A stretch of 37,142 bases of DNA, taken from contig JAKAJJ010000001.1 of assembly GCA_021813835.1 (NCBI GenBank), positions 1-37,142 of the forward strand. The letters are read 5' to 3'. The translations under genes were made by a program, and so were the position numbers. The notes under the pieces are model-generated. The model was not told where the DNA came from and did not search any database. It saw only the letters and a program-made list of their open reading frames with translations. Source of the DNA: a bacterium. GTDB lineage: Bacteria; Patescibacteriota; Minisyncoccia; Phycocordibacterales; Phycocordibacteraceae. This document shows, in pieces, positions 16,577 to 26,313 of this stretch (position 1 is its first letter; each line of letters begins with the position of its first letter).

Positions 16577-18361
16577 TCACCGGTCGCTCTCCTGCACCAT
16601 TTTCATAAAGACCTCCTCGGGAATATCCACCTTCCCGCGCGCGAGCAGCTTCTTCTTTCCCCGCTTCTGCTTCTCGAGGAGTTTTTTCTTGCGCGAGACG
16701 TCGCCGCCGTAGAGGTAGCCGGTCACGTCCTTGCGCATCGCCGAGAGGGTCCGCGACGCGATGATGCGTCCCAGGGCGCGCGCCTGGATCTTGGTCACGA
16801 AAAGCTGCTTGGGCAGGATGGCGTGGAGCTTGTCCACCATCTTTTCTGCTTCTTCCTGCACGCGCCGGCGGGCGACGATGCGCGCGAAGGCCGGCACGGC
16901 TTCCTCCGCGACGAGCACATCGAGGCGCACGACGTCCGCCGGCCGCTCGTCGAGGAATTCGTACGCGAGCGACGCATACCCCGAGGAAATGTTCTTCAGC
17001 CGATCGAAGAAGCCGCGCATCAGTTCCCGGAGCGGCATCTCCGCCGTGAGTTCTATGCGGCCGTCCGGAAACGTTTCGGTCGCTTTCGTGTCGGCCTCGT
17101 GCTCGTAGAGGAGCTGGACGAGCGCGCTCATCGCCTCGGGCGGCGCGATGACGATGACTTTCACCCACGGCTCGCGGATTTCCGCGATGTCGCCGTGTTC
17201 CGGGAATTTCGCGGGCGTGTACACGACCTCGCGCGCCCCGCTCGTGCGCGCCACCGCGTAGGAAATGGTCGGGATGGTGACGATGAGCGCGAGGCCGAAT
17301 TCGCGCCGCAGGCGCTCGGTAACGATCTCGAGATGCAGGAGGCCGAGGAATCCGCAGCGGAAGCCCCGCCCGAGCACGCCCGAGGACTCCTCTTCGAAGG
17401 AAAGGGACGAATCGGAAAGCCGCAGGCGCACGAGCGACTGCCGCAGCAAGGGCAGATCGTCCTGGCTCTCCGGATACACCGACGCCCAGACGACCGGCCG
17501 CGGGCGCGCGAACCCGGGGAGCGGCGGGAGCGCCCCCTTCGTGGGGCCGACGGTATCGCCGACGGCGACGACGCCCGCCTCCTTCACGCCCGTCACGACG
17601 TAGCCGATGTCTCCGGAGGAAAGGGAGTCGGAGGGCGTTTCTTCCGGCGTGAAGATGCCGGTCTCAAGCGCGACGAATTCCTGTCCCGCCGCGCGGAACC
17701 GGAGCGTCTGGCCCTTCCGGAAGGTGCCGTCGAACACGCGCAGGTATACCGCGATGCCGCGGTGGGCGGAATACGAGAAGTCGAAGATCAGCCCCCGCGG
17801 CTCGTCGCCCCTGCTCGCCGCGGGAGGAGGGACGCGCGAGACGATGGCGTCGAGGAGCGCGTCCACGCCCGCGCCGGTCTTCCCCGAGACGGCGAGCACC
17901 TCCGCGCTCGGCACGCCCGTAAGCTTGGCGAGTTCCGCCGTGACGTCGTCGACGCGCGCGGATGGCGCGTCGATCTTCGACACGACGGGGATGATGGCGC
18001 AGTTCTGGGCCTTCGCGGCCGCGAATGTCGTCAGGGTCTGCGCCTGGATCCCCTGCGTCGAGTCGACGAGGAGGAGGACGCCCTCGACCGCCGAGAGAGC
18101 GCGCGACACTTCGTAGGAGAAATCGATGTGGCCGGGCGTGTCGATGAGGTTCAGCACGTAGGCGCCGTAGCGCATCTGGACGGGCTGCATCTTGATGGTG
18201 ATTCCCCGCTCCCGCTCGAGGTCCATGCGGTCGAGCACCTGGGCGCGCATCTTGCGCGCCGGGATGGTTCCCGTGCGCTCGAGCAGGCGGTCGGCCAAGG
18301 TCGACTTTCCATGGTCGACGTGGGCAATGATGGAAAAATTGCGGATGGGGTCCGGGATCAC
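16577..18361 (-). CDS. lepA: Elongation factor 4
   Basis: IRNFSIIAHVDHGKSTLADR, DTPGHIDF, GFRCGFLGLLH, KLLEKQK; GTG start overlapping the murJ stop (GTGA). Confidence 0.97.
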   Translation of the reverse strand: MIPDPIRNFSIIAHVDHGKSTLADRLLERTGTIPARKMRAQVLDRMDLERERGITIKMQPVQMRYGAYVLNLIDTPGHIDFSYEVSRALSAVEGVLLLVDSTQGIQAQTLTTFAAAKAQNCAIIPVVSKIDAPSARVDDVTAELAKLTGVPSAEVLAVSGKTGAGVDALLDAIVSRVPPPAASRGDEPRGLIFDFSYSAHRGIAVYLRVFDGTFRKGQTLRFRAAGQEFVALETGIFTPEETPSDSLSSGDIGYVVTGVKEAGVVAVGDTVGPTKGALPPLPGFARPRPVVWASVYPESQDDLPLLRQSLVRLRLSDSSLSFEEESSGVLGRGFRCGFLGLLHLEIVTERLRREFGLALIVTIPTISYAVARTSGAREVVYTPAKFPEHGDIAEIREPWVKVIVIAPPEAMSALVQLLYEHEADTKATETFPDGRIELTAEMPLRELMRGFFDRLKNISSGYASLAYEFLDERPADVVRLDVLVAEEAVPAFARIVARRRVQEEAEKMVDKLHAILPKQLFVTKIQARALGRIIASRTLSAMRKDVTGYLYGGDVSRKKKLLEKQKRGKKKLLARGKVDIPEEVFMKMVQESDR

Positions 18362-20040
18362 GGCTGTGCCGGCTCTTCGGCGGACGGCGGGAGGACGGCG
18401 GCGGGGCTCTCGTCCGCGCGGACGAGCCGGCCGAGCGCGCCGACGATGACGCGGAATTCCTCGTTCCCCATAAGGAGGAGCGCGAGCGCTGAAGCGGCAA
18501 GGCCCACGATACCAGCGATGAGACCCTGCGTGAAGACGGCCGCCAAAGTCGTGAGGGGCGCGATGCCGCCGAGAAACGCGAGCGTCGCGTAGGCCGCGCC
18601 GCCGCCGGCAAGCGCGGCGGCGGCGCCGTCGACAAGCGGCCGGGCGAGCGTCCGCGCGAGGTCCGGCGCGGCGCTCCGCAGCGCCACAAGCGACAGGAGC
18701 GCGAGGAAAAGCTGGCCGAGCGTGGCCGCGAGCGCGAGGAGGAGGATCGCGATGCCGGGAACGTCGCCGACGCGCAAGAGCGAGGCGAGGGCGGAAGGCA
18801 TACCGGAAACGGGCAGCGCGAGGAAGATGACGGCGAGGAACACGGTGAGCGCGCCGCCGGCAATTTGGTACAGGAGCGGCCGCCACGACTGGCGCACGGC
18901 ATACAGGGCGCGGGAAAAGAGCAGGACGAGCCCCTGCGCGACGAGCCCGGCGGCGAGGAGGGCGAGGAGGGCCGCGGTGAGGCGCGTCGCATTCCAATCG
19001 AACGCGCCCGAGCCGAGGATGACGCGCACGAGGTGCGCGCGCAGGACGACGATGAGGCCGAGCGCGACGACCGACCAGAGGATGACGTGCCGCGCGCTCG
19101 CGGAGAGGATGCGGGTGAATTCCCCGCGCTTCTCCGGCGCCGACGCTTCGGAGAGCGCGGGGAACGCCGCCACGGCATAGGAAGAGCCGATGAGGGCGAG
19201 CGGGACCGCCTCGAGATTCCCCGCGAGGGTGAAGACGGACACCGCGCCCGTGCCGACCCGCGACGCGAGCGCCGTGAGGACGAGCGCCGTGACGGAACCC
19301 ATCCCGAGCGCCAAGGAGCGCGGCACGGAATCGCGGACGACCGGCACCATAATGGCGCGCGTCGGCAGCGCGAAGCGCGGCACGACGCGCGCGGCGGCGA
19401 CGACCGGAATGTTCACGGCGAGGTAGGCGGCCGCGCCGACGACGACGCCGATGCCGATGCCGATGAGGCCGAAGGCGGGATAGAGGAACACGGTGCCGCC
19501 GATGATGCCGAGGTTATAGAGTACCGGCGAAAGCGCGAAAAGGACGAAGCGGCGGTGCACCTGCGTCACGCTCGCAAGCACGCCCGAAAGCCCGAGCAGG
19601 ATGGGTTGCAGGAGGAGGAGACGCGCGAGAAGGACGAACTCCGCCTGATGCGGCGAGGCGACGAAATCCGGATAGAGGAACGCGAGGAACTGCGGCATAA
19701 AAAGCGCGAGCGTCGCGCAGATCGCGCCGCCGACGCCCGCGAGGAACGTCGCCGACTCGGAAAGGAGCCGCTCTGTCCCTTCCCTGCCGAGCCCCGTGAT
19801 GCGCGGGATGAGCACGTAGGCGCTGACGAGCGACGAAACGAGCGCGAACACGAGGTCCGGAACGCGGAAGGCCGCATAGTAGAGGTCGAGTACCGGCCCG
19901 GCGCCGAACGAGTGCGCGAATGTCCTGTCGCGCAGGAGCGCGAGAATTTGCGAGGCGAGCGTGAGCGCCGCGAGCAAATACGCGGCCTGATGCAGGCCGC
20001 GTACCGGTGCCGCGATGCGCTCGAGGATCCTCCTCACCAT
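18358..20040 (-). CDS. murJ: Lipid II flippase MurJ/MviN
   Basis: LRDR..FGAG..LD.YYAAFRVPD; many TM helices. Confidence 0.9.
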   Translation of the reverse strand: MVRRILERIAAPVRGLHQAAYLLAALTLASQILALLRDRTFAHSFGAGPVLDLYYAAFRVPDLVFALVSSLVSAYVLIPRITGLGREGTERLLSESATFLAGVGGAICATLALFMPQFLAFLYPDFVASPHQAEFVLLARLLLLQPILLGLSGVLASVTQVHRRFVLFALSPVLYNLGIIGGTVFLYPAFGLIGIGIGVVVGAAAYLAVNIPVVAAARVVPRFALPTRAIMVPVVRDSVPRSLALGMGSVTALVLTALASRVGTGAVSVFTLAGNLEAVPLALIGSSYAVAAFPALSEASAPEKRGEFTRILSASARHVILWSVVALGLIVVLRAHLVRVILGSGAFDWNATRLTAALLALLAAGLVAQGLVLLFSRALYAVRQSWRPLLYQIAGGALTVFLAVIFLALPVSGMPSALASLLRVGDVPGIAILLLALAATLGQLFLALLSLVALRSAAPDLARTLARPLVDGAAAALAGGGAAYATLAFLGGIAPLTTLAAVFTQGLIAGIVGLAASALALLLMGNEEFRVIVGALGRLVRADESPAAVLPPSAEEPAQP

Positions 20041-20054
20041 CGTCCTATACTACC

Positions 20055-22418
20055 TCACTGTACCGGGGCCGTGGATGCGGAGAGGAGGTTCCTCGGGAAC
20101 GGGTCTTTGCCCGCTCCAAGCGCCGAAAGCTGCGGGGCGACCGCCTTGGCGTTGTCGCTCGAGAGCGCGGCGATGGCTTGCATCTGCGCGAGCGCGTTTT
20201 TCATGTCGCCCTGCTTCGCGTACACCGCCGCGAGGAAGTAGCGCGCGTTCGCGAACTGCGGATTCGCCGCGACCGCTCCCGCGAGCGCCTGTTCGGCGCC
20301 CGGAAGGTCGTTCGACGCCGCGCGCAAGACGCCGACCTGGAAGAGGATGTTCGGGTCGTTCGGCGTGAAGTAGGCGGCGGCTTCCGCGGAGGCGAGCGCG
20401 TCCTTCACGTTGCCGTCCTGCACCTCGAGCTGGGAGAGGAGGAAGATGGCGGCGGTGTAATCCTGCTTGAGCGCGACGGCGGCCTTGAGGTCCGCTTCGG
20501 CGGCTTTCGTGTCTTTGTTCGCGATATCGAGCTGGGCGAGGATATAGGGGATTTGGGGATTGGTCGGGTTCAGCGCTTGCGCCTTGCCGTAGGCGGTCTT
20601 CGCGCTGTCGTAGGCGCCGGACACCTTGAGCGGCACCGCCTGCGCGTAGAGGTTCCCGAGCGCGAGCCAGTTCTGGTAGTCGTCGGGCGCGAGGCGCGTC
20701 GCGGTCAAAGCCGCGTTGATGCCGGTCGAAAGCGCCGCCTGGAAGGCCTGCTGGGCGGCGGCGGCGCTCATCGTCGAGGATGCCGCGATCTGGCTCAAGC
20801 GCGCGCTCGCGACGGCGGCCTGAGTCTGGTAGGCGGATGCGGACGGCGCGAATGCGAGGGAACCCTGCACCGCGCTGTCGGCCGCGTCGAGATTCCCGGC
20901 CGAAAACGCCGCATCGGCGCGCGCGAGCTCGGTCGCGGCGACGTACCGCTCGACGAGCGTGTAGGCGGCGGCGACGGACGCGAGGAGAAGGAGCGTGAGC
21001 GAGAACACGATGACGAAGCCGAGGCGCGGGCTGCGCGCAAAGAGGATGCCCCACTGCCCGCCGCGCGCGGCGTAGCGCATCGTGGACGCGAAGAGTCCGG
21101 CGAAGACGAAGAGGAGCGCGAGGATGACCGTGCCCGGCAGATCGAACACGGCAGCCGCGGCGAGATACGCCGTCGCGACGAACGCGAGTATCGCGACGTA
21201 GCGGACGAACGCGTCCTCGGGCGCGCGCAGGATGAGCATGCGCAAGCCGAGCACCGCAAAGAGCGCGAGGAACGCGATCCACGCGACGGCGCCGACGAGG
21301 CCGGTCGTCGCGAACGACGTCGGGATGAAGCCGATGCCGGAGGTGAAGTCGATATTCCAGAAGACGGTCGTATTGAGCGACGGATCGCGGTGCTTGAGCC
21401 ACGCGGCGCCGAAGGTGCCCGGGCCCGAGCCGAGGACGGGCGACGAGGCGTAGACGTCGCGCACGATCGACAGCGTCGACTGCCATGAGGGACGGACGTT
21501 GAGGACGTTCACGTGGAACGCGCTCGCGAGCGCGCCGCCGAGCGTCCCGCCGATGAAGAAAAAGATCGAGACCGCGAGAACGACGAGCGGCGCGATAAGC
21601 GAGCGGGTGCCGGTGTCCGCGCCGCTCGGCATCTCGCTCACGACGACCGCGTCGTCGAGGTCGGCGTCCGCGGACGACGCGCGGCGGCGCATCACCGCCT
21701 CGACGAAGAGGCCGAGCGATACGAGCGCGAGGAGCGTCCAGACGAACGAGGAGTTCGCGACCGCGAGGACGGCGAGCGCGATGACGCCGAGAACGAGGAG
21801 CAGGCGGCGCGCGCGCGGCGCGAGCTCGAGGAAACGCAGCGTAATGAGGACGCCCGCGACGCCGAGACCGAGGAAAAGCGCGAGGTCTTCAAGCGAGCCG
21901 ATGAGCGAGAACGTCGGCGGGATCGTGTTCGGCGCGAACTGCCCCGCGATGATCGTGAGCGCTTCGAGAACGGCGATGGCGCCGAAAAGCCAGGCGCCCG
22001 CGCGCAGGAAGAGCCGGTAGTGCTCGGGGCGCCGGAGCGCGAGCGCGGCGAGCGTGCCGAGCACGGCGGCGGCCAGGATGAAGCCGAAGGTATCCGGCTC
22101 GAGAGCAGTCCCCCAGAACGCGTTCGCGAACGGGATGCCCGAGAACGCGGAGGAGAGCGCGTAGGCGAGGGCGGGAAGCCACAGCGCGACGACGAGCGCG
22201 ATCGGCGGAAAAATCACATTGCCGCGCGAGAGGCGCGCGAGGATGTAAAGCGCGAGCGTGACGAGCGTGCCGGCGGCAAGGAGGAACGTCTTCGTCGCCG
22301 CGAAAGGAAACGCGGACGATGGGATGACGACGATGAGGGCGAGGACGAGGGCGGCGACGAGCGCGATGACGCTTCCCGTCTCGACCGAGGAGCGGACACT
22401 AGACGGCTGTGGAGGCAT
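20055..22418 (-). CDS. Membrane protein with O-antigen-ligase-like TM region and C-terminal TPR repeats
   Basis: Many TM helices, LGSGPGTF motif, TPR patterns (WLALGNLY, YILAQL, YFLAAVY). Confidence 0.75.
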   Translation of the reverse strand: MPPQPSSVRSSVETGSVIALVAALVLALIVVIPSSAFPFAATKTFLLAAGTLVTLALYILARLSRGNVIFPPIALVVALWLPALAYALSSAFSGIPFANAFWGTALEPDTFGFILAAAVLGTLAALALRRPEHYRLFLRAGAWLFGAIAVLEALTIIAGQFAPNTIPPTFSLIGSLEDLALFLGLGVAGVLITLRFLELAPRARRLLLVLGVIALAVLAVANSSFVWTLLALVSLGLFVEAVMRRRASSADADLDDAVVVSEMPSGADTGTRSLIAPLVVLAVSIFFFIGGTLGGALASAFHVNVLNVRPSWQSTLSIVRDVYASSPVLGSGPGTFGAAWLKHRDPSLNTTVFWNIDFTSGIGFIPTSFATTGLVGAVAWIAFLALFAVLGLRMLILRAPEDAFVRYVAILAFVATAYLAAAAVFDLPGTVILALLFVFAGLFASTMRYAARGGQWGILFARSPRLGFVIVFSLTLLLLASVAAAYTLVERYVAATELARADAAFSAGNLDAADSAVQGSLAFAPSASAYQTQAAVASARLSQIAASSTMSAAAAQQAFQAALSTGINAALTATRLAPDDYQNWLALGNLYAQAVPLKVSGAYDSAKTAYGKAQALNPTNPQIPYILAQLDIANKDTKAAEADLKAAVALKQDYTAAIFLLSQLEVQDGNVKDALASAEAAAYFTPNDPNILFQVGVLRAASNDLPGAEQALAGAVAANPQFANARYFLAAVYAKQGDMKNALAQMQAIAALSSDNAKAVAPQLSALGAGKDPFPRNLLSASTAPVQ

Positions 22419-22520
22419 AATGAATGAGCGGTGCAAAGGGGATAATGCTCCCTAGTATATCGCGCGGGTATGCCTGTCGAGGATCTATCTCCACAGAGAA
22501 AAACGTGGTATAGTCCATAC

Positions 22521-22994
22521 GGACCGGGCCAGGCGACCGCTCGCACACTGATGTGTGACGGGAGGAAAGTCCGAACACGGCCCGCCACACTTCTGCAGTG
22601 TGACGGGAGAACGGTAGCGGGTAACGCCCGCACGCCGCAAGGCGCGAGGTGCGAGCAGAGACGACCGAGGGCGAAAGCCCGAGGGAGTCCCGCCCCGATT
22701 TTGCCGCTGATATCGGAACGAGCTTACAAGGACTGATTCCGTACGTATGCGGTGCGGCGCAGAGCCGGAATAGGCCGAGCGCAGCGAGTGCGCCGCCGTA
22801 CGTATCGGCAGCAAAATCGGGGCGGGGCGAGTCCGGGAGGCGACTTCCGGGGTGAAACGGCTAAATCCTTACCTCCGTGCAAGGCCGTACCTTTTCCGCC
22901 GGTGGCGGAGAAGGGGTGCCGCTTGAGGCCTCGAGCGATCGAGGTCCCAGATAAATGGTCGTCCGCGACAGAATTCGGCTTACCGGCCCGGTCC
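22521..22994 (+). ncRNA. rnpB: RNase P RNA with an enlarged P12 region
   Basis: GAGGAAAGTCCG, GGGTGAAACGG and ACAGAATTCGGCTTA landmarks; terminal stem ggaccggg/cccggtcc; TG-g-TATAGT upstream. Confidence 0.93.
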
Positions 22995-23002
22995 TCAAAG
23001 AT

Positions 23003-23038
23003 GCAAGAACCCGCGCTCCTGCGCGGGTTCTTGCTTTT
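23003..23038 (+). terminator. Terminator between rnpB and the convergent RNR gene
   Basis: 14-bp perfect stem gcaagaacccgcgc/gcgcgggttcttgc followed by tttt. Confidence 0.8.
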
Positions 23039-23048
23039 CCTGCCCTGT

Positions 23049-25436
23049 TCAGACGATCTCGCAGGTGCCGCCGGCGCAGGCGAGTTCTTTCTTCATCTCC
23101 GTCTCGTCCTGGCGCTCGTACGCGATCAGCTTCGAGTAATCCACCTTGGGGAAACGGGACAGGCGTTCCTCGTATTCTTCTTTCGTGATCGTCTCGTAGG
23201 GCGCGAGCCGGTAGACGTGGTTGGCGCGCGGGAGGAAGGACAGGCCGCCGATGATGTCCCAGTTCCTCTGGAGCCAGTCGACGACGCCGATCCATTCGTC
23301 CTCGCCCACGGATATCGTCGCGGACGGATTGTGTTCGGTGTAATTGAGCTTCACCCGCTTCCAGTACTCGAGCTGTTCGAGCGCCGTGAGGGTGTCCTTG
23401 AAGCGCGCGTCCTTGGAGTGGTCGGGCGCCTTCACGGGGAACTCGAGCACGTAGGTATTCGCGTCCTCGAGCGACTGCCCCACTTCCGGATAGTACGGGA
23501 CGCCCGCGTCGCGCATCAGTTTGAAGAGGGAGTCGGTCGCGCTGATGCGCACGCGGCGGATGTAGTACGGCGCGTGGCGCGGGTGGATGCCGGAGGCGCA
23601 GTTGAAGGTCTGCGAAACCGTGCCCGAGGGCTTGATGGAGGTTACCGCCGTCGACCGCTCGACGCCGAAGCGCTTCGCGTACGCCGCGTTCGTCTTCACG
23701 GCGATGTCGCGGAGCGCGCGCATCACCTCCGGGCGGCGCGCGAAGGGCGAATCCCACTGCCCCGTCACGGAGACGCCGAGGAGGCGTTCCGCGCGGCAGT
23801 GGTCGATCCAGTCCTTCGAGATGTAATTGAATTTCGTCAGCGTCGACTGGTACGTGCCGAGGATGGCGGCGAGGCGCGTTTTCTTCGCGAGCGTGGCTTC
23901 GGTGTCGCCCGCGCGCGCGATGACTTCCGAAAGATTGCAGAACTGCTTCGACTGCAGGATGATCTCCGCGCACGGGTTCGTGCCGATGGGGCCGTGCACG
24001 ACGCCGTTCTCGCCGATGAATCCGACCTTCCGGAAATAGTCGGCACGGCGCTTCGGCAGGGTCTTCGCGAGCGAGCCGCGATTGAAGATGCCGCGCTCGC
24101 CCGCGCCGCTTTTCATCAGCGCGACCCATTCGTCCATCAGCTGCGCATTCGTCGGCTGCATCTCGTAGACGGCGGAGTTGTTCGCCACCGAGCGGTGCGG
24201 GTCGGTCATATAGAACTGGCCCTTTTTCGCGTCGCGCATCTCGACGTCGTCGAGGTCGGAGAGCGAGATCATCGCCGTGCGGCGCACTCCGCCGGCCACC
24301 ACGCATTCGCCGATCTTGCAGATGATGTCATGCGCGTCGATGTTCCGGAGGCGCCGCCCCTGACGCGCGAGCACGCGCTCGCGCGCGAAGGCGAGGAGGT
24401 TCTTGAGGGGCTCGGGGCCGGAGGCCTTGCCGCCCATCGTCTTCAGACGCGCGCCGGCCGGCCGGACCTGCGAAAAATCGAACGCGATGTCCTTGCCCGC
24501 GTACCACGTCCGGAGGCCGAGCGTGAGGGCGTCGCACCACCCCTCTTTCGAATCGCCGACGACGTGCGTCGGGAGCTTCTCGCCCGTCTGCTTCATTATC
24601 TGCGGGAGCTGTTCGATGTTCTGGCTCTCCACCGCGAAGCCGACGCCGCAGCCCTGCATCGACAGATACATAATTTCCGCGAAATCCTCGATCCTCGTCG
24701 GCGCGGTGAACGTGCAGTTATAGGCGCACGTGTTGCAGCGGCGGGCCGCTTCGCCCGAGAACTGCATCAGGCGCATCGAGGGCATCACCCACTGCTTCAG
24801 GATGCCTTCGCGCACTTCCGCGTACTCTTTTTCGGTGAGCTTGTTCCCGAGATTCTCGCGCATAAATCCCACATACCGGTCGACGGTCTCCACCCACGTC
24901 TCGCGCCGGCCCTCCTCGGGGATCCATTTCGCGTACGTGCGCAGATAGACGAACTCGCCGAGCGGGTTCCCCGCGAAATATTTCCTGCTCTCCTCCGCGA
25001 GCTTCCGCACGCGGGGCGGAATATCGACTTTCGCCGCGCGCAGTTGCGCGCGCTTGTCGCGGTAGAGGATGTAGGACTTCGCCGCCTTCACGTAGTCGTT
25101 CAGGATGAGGTACTTCTCGACCGAGTCCTGCGTGCCTTCGACGGTCGGCAGGAAGCTCCGGTACTTCTTCGCGAAGCGCGCGAGCTCCCCGACCACCTGG
25201 TGCGCGACGAGAACCGCTTCGTCCTGGCTCCCCTCCTCCGCAGCCATCATTGCTTTCCAGATCGCGGTGACGATCTTATCGAAATCGAACGGCACGAGGC
25301 GCCCGTCGCGTTTCTCGATGTTCGGAATCACTTCGCGGTAGCGCCGGGTCTCTTTCGAGATTGGCGGCTCGATCGTCTCTTCGGCGCGCAGGACGGGCGC
25401 TTTCGCGCGGAGGGGGGCTTTTGCGGTTCTCGTCAT
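23049..25436 (-). CDS. nrdJ: Class II (adenosylcobalamin-dependent) ribonucleotide reductase with N-terminal ATP cone
   Basis: KRDGRLVPFDFDKI cone, TNPCAEI, IKPSGT, C-terminal CAGGTCE; start 25436 or 25514. Confidence 0.88.
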   Translation of the reverse strand: MTRTAKAPLRAKAPVLRAEETIEPPISKETRRYREVIPNIEKRDGRLVPFDFDKIVTAIWKAMMAAEEGSQDEAVLVAHQVVGELARFAKKYRSFLPTVEGTQDSVEKYLILNDYVKAAKSYILYRDKRAQLRAAKVDIPPRVRKLAEESRKYFAGNPLGEFVYLRTYAKWIPEEGRRETWVETVDRYVGFMRENLGNKLTEKEYAEVREGILKQWVMPSMRLMQFSGEAARRCNTCAYNCTFTAPTRIEDFAEIMYLSMQGCGVGFAVESQNIEQLPQIMKQTGEKLPTHVVGDSKEGWCDALTLGLRTWYAGKDIAFDFSQVRPAGARLKTMGGKASGPEPLKNLLAFARERVLARQGRRLRNIDAHDIICKIGECVVAGGVRRTAMISLSDLDDVEMRDAKKGQFYMTDPHRSVANNSAVYEMQPTNAQLMDEWVALMKSGAGERGIFNRGSLAKTLPKRRADYFRKVGFIGENGVVHGPIGTNPCAEIILQSKQFCNLSEVIARAGDTEATLAKKTRLAAILGTYQSTLTKFNYISKDWIDHCRAERLLGVSVTGQWDSPFARRPEVMRALRDIAVKTNAAYAKRFGVERSTAVTSIKPSGTVSQTFNCASGIHPRHAPYYIRRVRISATDSLFKLMRDAGVPYYPEVGQSLEDANTYVLEFPVKAPDHSKDARFKDTLTALEQLEYWKRVKLNYTEHNPSATISVGEDEWIGVVDWLQRNWDIIGGLSFLPRANHVYRLAPYETITKEEYEERLSRFPKVDYSKLIAYERQDETEMKKELACAGGTCEIV

Positions 25437-25550
25437 ACAACAAGCGGGTGAGGGATAATGCGCGCACGAGGACGTCTCGCGGTTCGGGATGTTCGTCGTG
25501 CGGCGTACCGTCATTTTACTCCCGCGCCACCCAAATGCCCTGTGGATAGT

Positions 25551-26012
25551 TCACTCCGAAACGCTCGGCCAACTTTGCAATAGGAGCGGCGTGCCGGTGG
25601 CGATGCCCCGCGCATCCGCGAAGCCCGCGGCGGTCTCAAGGACATACTGGGACGGAGCGCTCGGATAAAAGACATCCGGATACGTCGACGGCGCGACATC
25701 CTTCGCGAGGGAAACGACGTGTCCTTGAGCGTCCAGCCAGAACATATCGAGCGGAACGAGGGTATCCTTCATCCAAAAGCCGTAGTAATCAGGTCTCGGG
25801 AAGACGAAAAGCATTCCATAGCCGTCAGGGACATTCGTGCGGCCGCCGAGTCCGAGTTCCCGCGCGGCCGTCGTCGTCGCGAATTCGACGGTCAGGGGCG
25901 CGCCGCCGAACTCCCCCGTCGCGAACCTTCCCGCGGAAGGCGCCCGGTACGCTACGGCGAGAGCGAGGAGGATGAGACCGGCAACGGAAAGGCCGAAAAG
26001 GAAGCGCGGCAT
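25551..26012 (-). CDS. DUF192 family protein
   Basis: RELGL..GMLFVF..FWMKDTLVPLDM..YVLE. Confidence 0.88.
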   Translation of the reverse strand: MPRFLFGLSVAGLILLALAVAYRAPSAGRFATGEFGGAPLTVEFATTTAARELGLGGRTNVPDGYGMLFVFPRPDYYGFWMKDTLVPLDMFWLDAQGHVVSLAKDVAPSTYPDVFYPSAPSQYVLETAAGFADARGIATGTPLLLQSWPSVSE

Positions 26013-26114
26013 AGGCAAGGGTGGTTGCAGGTCGGTTTTGAACTCTCCTACATCAAGCATTGTAAGGGTTCTTGAGCCGGTTGGCGACGCTGAATTCAAG
26101 GGGAACGGTCACAA

Positions 26115-26313
26115 TTAATTTAAACTTCCGGAGACTGACGAAAAATTTTTATCCTCTCTCGTATAATATTTATTACCCTCGATATCTTGGTATTGAAGAT
26201 AGATTTCATTCTCCTGACTTATTTCCTGATATTGTTTTGGGTTGAAAATTGCATTGATCGTAGTATTGGGAGCCAACCAACCCCAGGTAGGGGTAAAACT
26301 CACGGGTCGGGCG
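26115..26313 (-). pseudogene. Probable C-terminal gene fragment (low GC)
   Basis: Protein-like frame (..EIYLQYQDIEGNKYYT..) with no convincing own start, directly after the purM stop. Confidence 0.4.

Noticed and set aside
18362..18997. N-terminal extension of the 806-aa LepA ORF
   Set aside because: It overlaps murJ in another frame; LepA homology starts at GTG 18361.
22752..25451. 899-aa plus-strand ORF and other long antisense ORFs (e.g. 5278..6744, 16823..18592, 33782..35128, 35132..37072)
   Set aside because: These are shadow frames of well-supported genes on the opposite strand in GC-rich DNA, with no recognisable motifs.
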